Positions 1 to 9,550 are shown, counted from the first letter of the stretch. The stretch: DNA of 64,000 bases from Candidatus Aenigmatarchaeota archaeon (GCA_016195275.1 JACPZZ010000017.1:21581-85580), one strand, 5' to 3'. Numbers and translations: made by a program. Notes: generated by a model not told the origin, from the letters alone.

Positions 1-335
1 TTTTTTGACTGTAACACATCCCATGAAATTAGCTCTTTCTTCGCGGCCGGAAATCTTTTTGTGAATATTGCATACGCCTTTTTTAATTCTTCCCCATGCA
101 GCATTTTCGCACTGCCGGCGAACTGCAAACCCATTGTCGGAGCGCCGAATGTTTTGTGCTGTTTTGCTATTGTTCCGGCCACGCTGTTATTTTTTTCTAT
201 GTGCCTGCTGTGGTTCCGGTAATACCTGGACAGGAAATAAATATCGAAATTTTCATCGAATGCGTAAAATATTGTAGCACACCATGGTTTATTTTTGCTG
301 ACGGTCGCCATGGACATCAGCTTTACGTTTTCCAT
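1..335 (-). CDS. PNPOx-like (pyridoxamine 5'-phosphate oxidase family) FMN-binding protein, partial; C-terminus lies beyond the window edge
   Basis: Minus-strand ORF from ATG at 333-335 running off the left edge; translation MENVKLMSMATVSKNKPWCATIFYAFDENFDIYFLS...TMGLQFAGSAKM resembles the general stress protein 26 / PNPOx fold. Absent from the ORF track because it is truncated. Confidence 0.4.
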   Translation of the reverse strand, partial: MENVKLMSMATVSKNKPWCATIFYAFDENFDIYFLSRYYRNHSRHIEKNNSVAGTIAKQHKTFGAPTMGLQFAGSAKMLHGEELKKAYAIFTKRFPAAKKELISWDVLQSK

Positions 336-354
336 GTAACTTTTTGCCAGTTTT

Positions 355-1434
355 TTAGGATTTTGCCTCATCTTGATGCTCCAATGATTTTTGCTGATTT
401 TTTAAGTTCTCAGTCATTTCTGCGTAAACGTATTCGAATATTTTTCCAGGCTCTTCCGCAGGTACGGACTCGTATTTTTTTACGGCATCCTCAACCTTTT
501 TACCCAGTTTTGCAAGCAGCTTTTCTTCGTCAGCCTTTGACCATAATTTTTTTGATTCCATGTATTTTCTCAGCCGTTCTATGGGATCTTTTTTTACCCA
601 TTCGTCCACTTCGGATTTTTTCCTGTACTTCGATGCGTCGTCGGCTGTGGTGTGGTCGCCCATTCTATATGTAAACAATTCTATCAACGTGGGTCCGCCG
701 CCGGAACGGGCTTTTTCCAATGCGCTTTTGGTTGCGCTGTAAACCGCGAAAACGTCGTTGCCGTCGACCTGTACGCCCTCAAAACCGAAAGCGACTGCCT
801 TCTGCGCTATTGTCTGCGACGCGGTTTGTCTGCTTCTTGGCACAGAGATGGCCCATTGGTTGTTCTCGCAAACAAAAACCAAAGGAAGGCTGAACACGCC
901 CGCAAAATTCATAGCCTCGTTGGTGTCGCCTTCCGAAGTCGCCCCGTCTCCGAAATAAACAAGGGACGCGGTTTTTTCGCCCATTATTTTCATAGCCAGC
1001 GCAATGCCTGCTGCGTGCAACGGCTGCGTGCCCACCGGAATTGCAAACGTCAGATCATTTTCCCCGGAAGGAATTTTTTGGCCGCGTTCGTCTCCTCCCC
1101 AGTACTGCAATATCATTTCCATAGACAACCCCCGGAGAATCATGGAAGCGTGCTCCCTGAAAGCCGGTATCATCCAATCGTTTTTACCCAGCGCGTAGGC
1201 TGATGCGATTTGCGCAGCCTCCTGGCCTTTCAATGGCGGATATGTTCCTAAACGGCCCTCGCGCTGCAGTTTTATTGACCGCTCATCGAAAATTCTTGCC
1301 AATACCATCGACTCATAAATTTCTTTTATTTGCTTCTGTGTTAACCCAGGCTGCTCGGCGCATTTTCCGTTTTCATCCAGAATTTGCAGATAATTGACGG
1401 AAAATTTCGCTATTTCCTTTTCCATGATCCACAC
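355..1434 (-). CDS. pdhA: 2-oxoacid (pyruvate) dehydrogenase E1 component alpha subunit, TPP-dependent
   Basis: 359 aa; YRMGDHTTADDASKYR and GDGATSEGD motifs typical of E1 alpha TPP-binding subunits. Confidence 0.85.
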   Translation of the reverse strand: MWIMEKEIAKFSVNYLQILDENGKCAEQPGLTQKQIKEIYESMVLARIFDERSIKLQREGRLGTYPPLKGQEAAQIASAYALGKNDWMIPAFREHASMILRGLSMEMILQYWGGDERGQKIPSGENDLTFAIPVGTQPLHAAGIALAMKIMGEKTASLVYFGDGATSEGDTNEAMNFAGVFSLPLVFVCENNQWAISVPRSRQTASQTIAQKAVAFGFEGVQVDGNDVFAVYSATKSALEKARSGGGPTLIELFTYRMGDHTTADDASKYRKKSEVDEWVKKDPIERLRKYMESKKLWSKADEEKLLAKLGKKVEDAVKKYESVPAEEPGKIFEYVYAEMTENLKNQQKSLEHQDEAKS

Positions 1435-1458
1435 CCTAAAATAAGTTGCACTTTATTA

Positions 1459-2364
1459 TTAGATATCATTTTCGACCGCCTTGCTTTCCTTTTGCAACAC
1501 CGATTTTACAAAAAGCTCGCCTGCCCTGTACGATGAACGGATAAACGGGCCTGATGCAACGTAAAGGAAACCTTTTTGTTTACCGGCTAATTTTAACCTT
1601 TCAAAGACTTCCGGGTGGACGTATTTTTCCGCGGCCATTTGCTTCTTGGTAGGCCTTAGGTACTGCCCTATGGTAAAGAAATCAGCGCCTGCGTTACGCA
1701 GGTCGTCCATGGCCTCGCACACCTCCTGTTCCGTTTCGCCCAAACCCAGCATTATAGAGGATTTCGTGCGCATTTTCGGATCCAATTTTTTTGCGATCTT
1801 CAAAACTTCCAGCGACTGGCCATAATTTGCCCTGCGATCACGGACGAAAGGCTGCAGCCTTCTAACGGTTTCTATGTTATGCGCGATTACGTCTGGTTTT
1901 GCGTCGGTGATGTTTTTTATCAGGTCTTCGCGCCCCTGAAAATCCGGGATAAGAACCTCGACCAGTATTCCGGGATTCATCTTTTTTACAGCCCTGATGC
2001 AGGCTGCGAAATGCGACGAGCCCTGGTCAGGCAAATCATCACGATCAACGGAAGTTATTACAACATAATCCAGGTTAAACTCTTTCACGGCTCTGGCCAA
2101 TTTAACAGGCTCGAATATATCAACCTCTTTCGCCTTGCCATGGGACACTTCGCAGAAACGACAACCACGGGTACAGGTATCGCCCATGACCATGAACGTG
2201 GCTGTCCCTCCGGACCAGCATTCGGATATGTTCGGGCAGTGCGCGGATTCACACACCGTGTTTAACCCAAGGCCTTTCACTGTTTCGCGAACTTTGGCAA
2301 AAGAACCCATGGTCTGCAGTTTTGTTTTCAGCCATTCGGGCTTGTCAACTGAAACCAACGACAT
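1459..2364 (-). CDS. lipA: lipoyl synthase (radical SAM)
   Basis: 301 aa; CPNISECW and CTRGCRFC cysteine clusters diagnostic of LipA; adjacent to pdhA. Confidence 0.9.
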   Translation of the reverse strand: MSLVSVDKPEWLKTKLQTMGSFAKVRETVKGLGLNTVCESAHCPNISECWSGGTATFMVMGDTCTRGCRFCEVSHGKAKEVDIFEPVKLARAVKEFNLDYVVITSVDRDDLPDQGSSHFAACIRAVKKMNPGILVEVLIPDFQGREDLIKNITDAKPDVIAHNIETVRRLQPFVRDRRANYGQSLEVLKIAKKLDPKMRTKSSIMLGLGETEQEVCEAMDDLRNAGADFFTIGQYLRPTKKQMAAEKYVHPEVFERLKLAGKQKGFLYVASGPFIRSSYRAGELFVKSVLQKESKAVENDI

Positions 2365-2400
2365 GATTAGTAATCGAAAAGCAGAATAAAATACTTAGCG

Positions 2401-3462
2401 TCAGTTTCTTTTTACCCGTTTGAACCCGGATATCTCGACTATTTTCAATTTAAATTTCTTATCCAATTTATCGAGAACCAAGTTCATGCCCAGCGAATCC
2501 GAAGACATGTGGCCTGCCGCAACAACGTTGATATTGTGCGATTTCGCCTCTTCGTATTGGTCCTTTGACATGTGCATAGCGACGATAGTATTGATTCCGG
2601 ATTCGGCCATGACCTTCATTCTTGACTTATCCAATTCGGTGCCTCCGGTCATGTCAAATGTTATTTTACCGCATTCGTTTTCCGGGCTGCCTGTAAAAAT
2701 CGTAGGGCCCATTCCATGGGACGCGGCCCACTGGTATTCAGGTATTTTGTAAAGTATGTCGACCAGGTTCTTGATTGTCCTAGGTTTTTCCTTTTCCAAG
2801 AGTTTTTGCAAAAACATGTGTACATGGTTGTCTGCAACGGTGTGCATTGACATGAACGGAATGCCAAGCAGGCGCGCAGCGTCTATGGCGCGCGTATGGT
2901 TAAAAGGGTGCAAACCCCTTCTCACTTCGTCAACACGCGGCCGCACAACGGCTTCGGCCTGGGAAATGGGAACGCCTGCCTTATGAAGTATCCTTATCTG
3001 CATGTCCATTACCTGGTGCAACGCTGCCAGCGCGCGGCCTTCCGGGTGATGGGTTATTATGGCGTCAATTTTCGTTCCTTTCTGCTTCAGGCGGTCGACT
3101 AAAAGCATTTCCTGGCTTTCTATGTCTATACCGACTGCGACCGCTTCGATGTTTTTAGCGTCTTCACCGTTCAGGATAAGGCTGTCTGCAAAAGGGTTTT
3201 GCAGCCTTTCCCTGTCAAAATACTCTTTCTGGTAGCCTTTTAATTCACTGTAGCGTTCCTTTGCTTCCACAAGCAGCCTTTTTATCTCTTCTTCGCCCCG
3301 GGGATCCTCTTTTACCCCTTCCTTTATCGAGAATTCGTAAATTTCTTTCAGCGAAGGCATGAAATCACTTAATAATATGTAAATTTGTGTATAAATCTTC
3401 CGCGTATCGCCAGTCATAGACTGGCGGTATTGCCTTGACAACTCTTTGCCATAAAAACCCAA
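2401..3462 (-). CDS. Nif3-family (DUF34) dinuclear metal centre protein with N-terminal extension
   Basis: 353 aa; AIITHHP motif mid-protein and C-terminal VVAAGHMSSDSLGMN resembling the Nif3 AGHYxTExxG motif. Confidence 0.5.
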   Translation of the reverse strand: MGFYGKELSRQYRQSMTGDTRKIYTQIYILLSDFMPSLKEIYEFSIKEGVKEDPRGEEEIKRLLVEAKERYSELKGYQKEYFDRERLQNPFADSLILNGEDAKNIEAVAVGIDIESQEMLLVDRLKQKGTKIDAIITHHPEGRALAALHQVMDMQIRILHKAGVPISQAEAVVRPRVDEVRRGLHPFNHTRAIDAARLLGIPFMSMHTVADNHVHMFLQKLLEKEKPRTIKNLVDILYKIPEYQWAASHGMGPTIFTGSPENECGKITFDMTGGTELDKSRMKVMAESGINTIVAMHMSKDQYEEAKSHNINVVAAGHMSSDSLGMNLVLDKLDKKFKLKIVEISGFKRVKRN

Positions 3463-3475
3463 AACTAATTATTGG

Positions 3476-3487
3476 GATTGGTATATA
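3476..3487. promoter_or_regulatory. TATA-box-like element (ggtatataaatc) in a divergent intergenic region
   Basis: AT-rich TATA-like hexamer about 30 nt upstream of the start at 3517 (+) and about 16-24 nt from the minus-strand start at 3462; archaeal promoter architecture inferred. Confidence 0.25.
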
Positions 3488-3516
3488 AATCATACGGACA
3501 AATTTAACTTGATTAA

Positions 3517-4188
3517 ATGGAAGATCACAAATGCCCTGACTGCGGGAAAAATTTTGATTCTGCCGAAGCATTAAACCAGCACAAAGAGGCAAAACACACA
3601 ACCGAAATAAAAGCAGAAGAACAAAAAAATAACGCCAGAAGTTTTAACTTTGACAAAACTAAAGCTGTGCTTTACGCCTTGATTTTAATCGCAGGTGTTG
3701 CAGCGGCTTATGCGATAATGTCATCGCTATCAACCGGTCCGCGCATAGGCAGCGTTGGTTCGACACACGAGCACGTCGATTTCAAGATATACATCGAGGG
3801 CAAGCCGATAGATTTCTCCCAACAGAAATACCAGGTTGCAGCGCAATACGTTCATGTGGAAGGCGGTGTCGGCGGTGTCGTACACAAGCACGCAACAGGC
3901 GTCACGTTCCGCGATTTTCTTAAGACTGTGAACATGGATATGGAAAGCAAATGCTTCAAATCGGACAACAATAAAAATTACTGCGACGAAAACGGCGAAA
4001 CCCTGAAATTCTACCTGAACGGCAAGCTTAATGATAAGTTTGAAAGCTACGAGTTGCGCGATTTGGACAAAGTTTTGATAAGCTACGGCAATGAAACTGA
4101 AGACGAAATCAGACAGCAGCTTGCCGGCATAACCGATTTGGCAAAGATAGAATCCGGAAAACAAGGGGTTCCGAAACGTCTGGGATAA
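3517..4188 (+). CDS. membrane-anchored protein with N-terminal C2H2 zinc finger
   Basis: 223 aa; CPDCGKNFDSAEALNQHKEAKH C2H2 finger, then a hydrophobic helix (AVLYALILIAGVAAAYAIM) and a His-rich outer domain. Confidence 0.5.
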   Translation: MEDHKCPDCGKNFDSAEALNQHKEAKHTTEIKAEEQKNNARSFNFDKTKAVLYALILIAGVAAAYAIMSSLSTGPRIGSVGSTHEHVDFKIYIEGKPIDFSQQKYQVAAQYVHVEGGVGGVVHKHATGVTFRDFLKTVNMDMESKCFKSDNNKNYCDENGETLKFYLNGKLNDKFESYELRDLDKVLISYGNETEDEIRQQLAGITDLAKIESGKQGVPKRLG

Positions 4189-4238
4189 CCGCTGAATATC
4201 GGTATTATTACCGCAAACGCGGTTCCCTGTTTAATCTG

Positions 4239-5402
4239 CTAGATAACAAACAATCCGGTCGCGTACATCACGAAAAGTCCGGCGAAAAACCCGCCCACGT
4301 TGGTGAAGGTAAATATCGTTGTTGCCGTTTCTTTTTTCATGTATTTTATTATTTCAACCACAACGTGAAAAATCGCGCCCACCCCAACCGAGAGAAATAT
4401 CAAAGACCATAATTGGGAAAACGCGAAACCCCCTATCCATGCACCGATTATGGTAGGCCCGCCTGCTATTAGACCAAGCGTTATCAAATGCCGCAGGATA
4501 TTGTCTTCTTTATGCCTTGTTATCGGCGCAACTATCGCAATGCCCTCGGTAAGGTTGTGCATCATGAAACCGATGACCAACAACGACCCTAATGTTATTT
4601 CGCCCACAGAGAACGCGCTGCCTATCGCCAGGCCTTCGCCCATGTTGTGAAGCCCTATACCAAGCGCTATCATGTATGAAAGCCGCAGCGTGTGGCCAAT
4701 GACTCCTTTCTTTGTCACGTCTATCGAGCCGCGTTTGCTTATCGCCAGCAGCGTGAGATAAGGCAGGAAAAATCCTATGGTTATCAGGCTGACGCCCTGC
4801 AATGTCTGCGGTATTTCCGACGTCAACTCCAAAGCGCCTTCTAACGCATCTATCAGCAAGAAAACCAGCAAACCTACTGTTAGCGAAAGAAAAAAGTCGT
4901 ACCATCTCCTGCTTAAATTTCTCAGGAACGGCAGCCAAAGCAAACCTAGAAAAACCGGTATCACGCCGACGTAAAGTCCTATCACTGCAAAACTCAGTAT
5001 GTACCGTGCGTCAGGCACAGGCGTAGGCGTGGCGACTTTAATCTCCTTTTCAAAAGTCAGGCCGCTTGACGAAACAAGCTTGATGCTTAACGGCAGTGTT
5101 TCAAACCATGGATAATCCATACGAACAACAGCTTTTTCCAGATGCTTTAGCGTGCTTTGCGTTATACGGAACTGGTTGTAAGCGTCATTGATTAACACCT
5201 GCGACACCGTAACCTCACCAGGCCCGTCGTTGATTATGTACGCTGTTATTTTATCTTTTTCAAGGACGACCCTCTCAAACGCGATGGTTTCGACAGGTGG
5301 GAAAGCGGTTTTTAACAGGCCTAGCGGGCCAAACTGCAAAAACGACGCTATCAGAACCAGCAGCAAAACAACCGGAAGCGCTCCTGTGATCAGCTTTTTC
5401 AT
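4239..5402 (-). CDS. ZIP-family divalent metal transporter with N-terminal extra domain
   Basis: 387 aa; GLHNMGEGLAIG and MMHNLTEGIAIV signatures (HNxxEG) of ZIP/ZupT transporters; multi-TM; preceded by a non-TM N-terminal region of about 150 aa. Confidence 0.75.
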   Translation of the reverse strand: MKKLITGALPVVLLLVLIASFLQFGPLGLLKTAFPPVETIAFERVVLEKDKITAYIINDGPGEVTVSQVLINDAYNQFRITQSTLKHLEKAVVRMDYPWFETLPLSIKLVSSSGLTFEKEIKVATPTPVPDARYILSFAVIGLYVGVIPVFLGLLWLPFLRNLSRRWYDFFLSLTVGLLVFLLIDALEGALELTSEIPQTLQGVSLITIGFFLPYLTLLAISKRGSIDVTKKGVIGHTLRLSYMIALGIGLHNMGEGLAIGSAFSVGEITLGSLLVIGFMMHNLTEGIAIVAPITRHKEDNILRHLITLGLIAGGPTIIGAWIGGFAFSQLWSLIFLSVGVGAIFHVVVEIIKYMKKETATTIFTFTNVGGFFAGLFVMYATGLFVI

Positions 5403-6424
5403 GGTTCAACCTCGAAGAATCCCATCCAACCCAGCTCGGAAAACTCGGTCTGATGCGCATGGAACATGTACTTGCCCGGGAATTTGAACCGTAACTCGAG
5501 TATAGATCGTTCGGCCTGCCCAAGTTGGATAATATCTGTAAAAGCGCTTGGCGTGCTTAATGTTCCTGTCTGATACTCATTGAAAAAGTTTCCGTGTATG
5601 TGAATGGAATTGACCGGATCGAATTCGACCATATTTGCAACGTATATCCTTACAAGCTCACCCACTTTGGCCTTTATCGTGTTGTTAACGTAATAAAAGG
5701 CCTTTGTGTTGACCGCGTAAACTTCATTCTCGCCGTCAAAATTCGTATCAAAGGCGTTCATCATCATTATTAATTCATTGGCCGGTTCCCTTCTTTCAAC
5801 CGGATCCACTATAAACATTGCGTACATGCCCTGAGCTATGTGAGCCTTCAAAGGTGTCACATGGCAATGATAAAGATGCAAACCCACAGGCCCCGCCTTG
5901 AATTCATAAATAAAACTTTCACCAGGCTGAACAAACTGCTCTGGCATCGCGCCGTCCATGGAAGCTTCGTGATAACCGTGGAAATGCGCTGTGTGCGCAT
6001 GTGACCCCTGGTTTATCAGATGCACGCGTATTGTGTCGCCTTCTGTGGCGCGTATCGTCGGACCTGGAACTTTTCCGCTGTAGGTCCACGCATCAAAAAA
6101 AACACCGGGTGCAACCTCTATCTTTTTATCTATAGCGTATATCCAATACTCACGCAGCATTGTACCGTCGGACAGGTTCTGTTCTTTGTAAAATTTTTCA
6201 CGCTCTTTTTCAGGCAGGTCGTTGAAGTTCCAGGACTTCAAGTACGACATGGGATCGAAGTCGTCGAACGTGTATTCACCTACAACGCCGGTGTGTCCGT
6301 GCTTCGCCTGTGCGGCTTGCCCTGTCAAATTGCCTACTGTCTGAACCGGGAAAACCGAATAAAATACTGACAGCACAAAAACCGCTGCCAATATAGCTGC
6401 TGCATTCTTCGGCAAATTTATCAT
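5399..6424 (-). CDS. multicopper oxidase (two-domain cupredoxin, NirK/small-laccase-like)
   Basis: 341 aa with signal-like N-terminus; copper ligand motifs HLINQGSHAHTAHFHGYH and HCHVTPLKAHIAQGM (HCH...H....M); 4-nt overlap with the downstream ZIP gene (operon). Confidence 0.75.
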   Translation of the reverse strand: MINLPKNAAAILAAVFVLSVFYSVFPVQTVGNLTGQAAQAKHGHTGVVGEYTFDDFDPMSYLKSWNFNDLPEKEREKFYKEQNLSDGTMLREYWIYAIDKKIEVAPGVFFDAWTYSGKVPGPTIRATEGDTIRVHLINQGSHAHTAHFHGYHEASMDGAMPEQFVQPGESFIYEFKAGPVGLHLYHCHVTPLKAHIAQGMYAMFIVDPVERREPANELIMMMNAFDTNFDGENEVYAVNTKAFYYVNNTIKAKVGELVRIYVANMVEFDPVNSIHIHGNFFNEYQTGTLSTPSAFTDIIQLGQAERSILELRFKFPGKYMFHAHQTEFSELGWMGFFEVEP

Positions 6425-6511
6425 AAGTACGCCTTATTTTAGAGTAGATTAACAAATTTAGATACATCTAACATTATTAATCTTATATTTAAGCGTGGCC
6501 AATCGTGTAAT

Positions 6512-6928
6512 ATGGAAAAAATCAACACCCCCACTGTCGAGGATTACCTTGAAACTGTCTACAAGCTGACCAGGTCCAAGGGTTATGCCAAGGTCGTTGA
6601 CATATCGGAACGCCTCAATGTACGGCCCCCAACAGTAACGAGTATGATACAAAAGCTCGACAAAAAAGGTTTCATAAAATACGAGAAATACCGTGAAATA
6701 TCACTGACCGAAGCCGGGGAAAAGGTGGCTAAACAGGTCTCTGACACGCATTCAAAGATAATGAAATTCCTGACTATGATAGGTGTGGACGAGAAAACGG
6801 CCTACGCGGACACCGAAGGGATAGAGCATCACGTCCACCCGTCCACAATAAGGAAGATCGACAGCCTGGTTTTGTTCGCGGAAAAAAACCCGAAATGGGT
6901 AAAAAGACTGAAAAGGTTCACAAAATAG
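6512..6928 (+). CDS. DtxR/MntR-family metal-dependent transcriptional regulator
   Basis: 138 aa; N-terminal TVEDYLETVYKL...ISERLNVRPPTVTSMIQKLDKKGFI matches DtxR HTH; divergent from the metal transporter/oxidase operon. Confidence 0.8.
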   Translation: MEKINTPTVEDYLETVYKLTRSKGYAKVVDISERLNVRPPTVTSMIQKLDKKGFIKYEKYREISLTEAGEKVAKQVSDTHSKIMKFLTMIGVDEKTAYADTEGIEHHVHPSTIRKIDSLVLFAEKNPKWVKRLKRFTK

Positions 6929-6969
6929 GTCAATATTAAATACGGAAACCCACCAAATAGAGTTGACGT

Positions 6970-7881
6970 ATGTACGATCTCGTTATTGTAGGAGGCGGCG
7001 TTGTCGGTCTTGGCGCGGCGATGTACGCCGGCCGGCTTAATTTAAAAACTGCCATGATCGGCGACAACATAGGCGGAACGATAACTTTAACTGATATAGT
7101 CGAGAATTATCCCGGTTTCGAAAGGTTAACCGGGCTGGAACTTGCGGAAAAACTGCGCAAGCACGCCGAAAATTACGATGTGGCACTTGTGGAGAGCAAG
7201 GTTACAGACATAGAAAAAAAGGGCAGTTCTTTTGTTATAAAAACCGAGGAAAAATCGTATGAAGCAAAATCGATCCTGATAGCAACCGGTTCCAAGCACC
7301 GGGAACTTGGCGTGCCCGGCGAAAAGGAGTTTGAAGGCAAAGGTGTCCATACTTGCGCTCTATGCGATGGATACTATTATCGGGACAAAATCATAGCCGT
7401 TGTAGGAGGCTCTGACAGCGCAGGCAAAGAGGCCTTGCTTTTGACGCAATGGGGTAAAAAAGTTTACATTATATACCGCGGCGAAACAATACGTCCCGAA
7501 CCTGTGAATATGAAAAGGATAGAGGCAAACAAAAAAATCGAAATAATAAACAATACCAATGTCAAGGAAATAAAAGGGGATAAAATGGTAAAAAGCGTTG
7601 TTCTTGACAAGCCGTACAACGGGAAAAACGAGCTTGCGCTTGATGCCGTGTTCGTTGAGATAGGTGCGACGCCCATGTCTTACCTTGCAGAGAAACTGGG
7701 TGTTAAATTGAGCGAAAAAAAAGAAATAATCATTGACCGCGAATCGAAAACGAACGTGCCGGGCATTTTTGCCGCAGGCGATGTTGTTGACACTAAATTC
7801 AAGCAGGCCATAACAGGCGTTGGCGAGGCTGTATCCGCTGTATACTCGGCATACAAGTATGTGAACGAAAACGGGCTTTAG
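6970..7881 (+). CDS. trxB: thioredoxin-disulfide reductase
   Basis: 303 aa; FAD motif VIVGGGVVGLGAA, redox-active CALCDG, second NAD(P)H GG motif (AVVGGSDSAGKEA). Confidence 0.85.
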   Translation: MYDLVIVGGGVVGLGAAMYAGRLNLKTAMIGDNIGGTITLTDIVENYPGFERLTGLELAEKLRKHAENYDVALVESKVTDIEKKGSSFVIKTEEKSYEAKSILIATGSKHRELGVPGEKEFEGKGVHTCALCDGYYYRDKIIAVVGGSDSAGKEALLLTQWGKKVYIIYRGETIRPEPVNMKRIEANKKIEIINNTNVKEIKGDKMVKSVVLDKPYNGKNELALDAVFVEIGATPMSYLAEKLGVKLSEKKEIIIDRESKTNVPGIFAAGDVVDTKFKQAITGVGEAVSAVYSAYKYVNENGL

Positions 7882-7889
7882 GTGTCTTC

Positions 7890-8519
7890 ATGGCCGATGG
7901 AATTGTGAAATTGCTTGAATCCGTCAAAAATCCGGAACATCCTATGCTGAAGGTCATGAAAGCTGCCTGCGACAAGGCGAAACTCGCGGATAAAAACGGC
8001 AATTACAAGGTATACTCTGATGAAATCGGGGAAAAATATCCGCCGCATTTCAGCGCAACTATACAGAAACAAGGCGGTAAATATTCGTTCCTGGAAATAA
8101 AGAACATAAGCAACGGGGTCGTGTTTTCGGAAAAGGCTGCCCATAACATAATAATTTCCGAAATGGAACTGTCCAAATATCCGGACCAGATTCCGACAGA
8201 AGACGCTTTCAAAATAGCGCAAAAAATAACAACGCACGGGAAAATAATCCGCCTGGCAAAAGAGGACAGGCAAAAAGCCATGGAGAATGCAAAAAGGATC
8301 GTAGTTACGGAAAAATTGCCGGACATGCCAAAGGCTGTAAAGAATGAAATAATCAATGCAGCGCAATGGGATTTGCTGAGTGACGGCGCCAAATCCCTGA
8401 TAGCCGCGCAATGGGCAAGAAAAATCGGAGGAAAAACAATGGTCGTTGTCAACGACGATGAAACTACAGACAAGGAAAAATTGCGCGCTCTGATATTATA
8501 CATACAGAAGGAAGCCTGA
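7890..8519 (+). CDS. hypothetical protein
   Basis: 209-aa ORF with coding-like composition, no recognisable motif; stop overlaps start of next small ORF. Confidence 0.5.
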   Translation: MADGIVKLLESVKNPEHPMLKVMKAACDKAKLADKNGNYKVYSDEIGEKYPPHFSATIQKQGGKYSFLEIKNISNGVVFSEKAAHNIIISEMELSKYPDQIPTEDAFKIAQKITTHGKIIRLAKEDRQKAMENAKRIVVTEKLPDMPKAVKNEIINAAQWDLLSDGAKSLIAAQWARKIGGKTMVVVNDDETTDKEKLRALILYIQKEA

Positions 8520-8671
8520 TGAGGTCACTGAAACAAAACGATCGCATTGATGTGACCAGGGATTTTCGCAGAAGGGTTTGCCCGGAATGCGGATCCAACA
8601 AACTGATGGAAGACCCTTCGCACGGACGCGCCATGTGCGCAAAATGCGGGCATGTAATAAGGGAATAATAA
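8519..8671 (+). CDS. small zinc-ribbon protein (50 aa)
   Basis: ATG overlaps the upstream stop (TGATG); CPECGSNKL...CAKCGHV two CxxC pairs; below the ORF-track length cutoff. Confidence 0.4.
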
Positions 8672-8672
8672 T

Positions 8673-9215
8673 TTACTTAACCCAGCCTTTCCACTTCACC
8701 GAGCAGCCCACAGGCGTAGTTTCCGTTGTTGCAATCTCCTTGTTGGAAAGTATAGCATCAAGCGATTCCCTTAGGTATTTTCTTTTTGCTGCATTAGCGT
8801 TTTCCCAGTTGTCATCTATCGCGCCGACGTACCTTAACTTTCTGGAAGCATCGAAAACAAAAACATGCGGTGTAACCTTCGCCCCATAAACTCTTGCAAC
8901 GTCCTGAGATTCGTCCCTCAGGTATGGGAAATCAAATCTTTTCTCCTTTGCGCGTATTTTCATGTTTTCAAAGCTGTCTTCCGTGTATTTGGAGTCTTCA
9001 TTCGAATTAATCGCAACAACCTGCACGCCTTTCGCTGCGTAATCTTTTTGCACAGCCATTATTCTACCCTGATACGCCTTTGCATAAGGGCAATGATTGC
9101 ATGTGAAGATAACAACCAGTATTTTTTTGTCTGCAAATTCGCTGGTGGAATGTATTTTGTCATCTACGCCTTTCAGGCCAAATTCTGCAATTGAATCACC
9201 TATTTTCAACGGCAT
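8673..9215 (-). CDS. thioredoxin-fold thiol-disulfide oxidoreductase (redoxin/TlpA-like)
   Basis: CNHCPYAK CxxC motif in a redoxin-like context; start moved to the internal Met (MPLKIG) because the ORF-track start at 9263 would overlap the tRNA-Tyr 3' end. Confidence 0.7.
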   Translation of the reverse strand: MPLKIGDSIAEFGLKGVDDKIHSTSEFADKKILVVIFTCNHCPYAKAYQGRIMAVQKDYAAKGVQVVAINSNEDSKYTEDSFENMKIRAKEKRFDFPYLRDESQDVARVYGAKVTPHVFVFDASRKLRYVGAIDDNWENANAAKRKYLRESLDAILSNKEIATTETTPVGCSVKWKGWVK

Positions 9216-9241
9216 TTCAATTCCTCCAATGATCAAAAATG

Positions 9242-9550
9242 TCCCCCGGGGGCGAGTTTCCAAACGTTTTCTTTTGCCTTAAGGCTTTTCTTTTTCAAAA
9301 GAAAAGGCTTATTTGAACGCCCAACACTCCGGTTTCTGAGCAACGAAAACCGTAAGGTTTCGACGGAAAGCCGAAGCTTTCCGTGCACAGAAAACTAATG
9401 TGTTTTCTGTGTCGTGCATGGAAAATCAACGATTTTCTATGCAATAGCCAAATCTTGATGCAATAGCAGACCGACATATGCATTGCATATGTCAGCTTAT
9501 TACGGCACCAAACTACAGCCGGATACTCTACCGAGTTGAGCTACCGGGGG
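9242..9550 (-). tRNA. tRNA-Tyr(GUA) with two introns (about 179 nt at 37/38 and 56 nt at 59/60)
   Basis: Hand-folded: acceptor CCCCCGG/CCGGGGG with C1:G72 (archaeal Tyr identity), D-arm GCTC-AACTCGGTA-GAGT, anticodon stem TCCGG/CCGGA with loop CTGTAG|intron|A giving anticodon GTA, variable GTGTT, T-stem GGGCG/CGCCC, T-loop TTCAAA|intron|T, discriminator A. Mature length 74 nt. Confidence 0.7.

Noticed and set aside
96-1397. Plus-strand ORFs overlapping pdhA (96-674, 652-1203, 758-958, 1004-1198, 1203-1397) and plus-strand ORFs inside lipA and the Nif3-like gene
   Set aside because: They are antisense to genes with strong family motifs. Their translations are Cys/Arg-rich nonsense with no domain features.
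9281-9312. aaggcttttctttttcaaaagaaaaggctt, seen as a possible rho-independent terminator-like palindrome downstream of the redoxin gene
   Set aside because: It is part of the 56-nt T-loop intron of tRNA-Tyr and recurs inside the tRNA-Pro intron. On the RNA strand it forms only a mismatched hairpin, better explained as intron structure than as a terminator.
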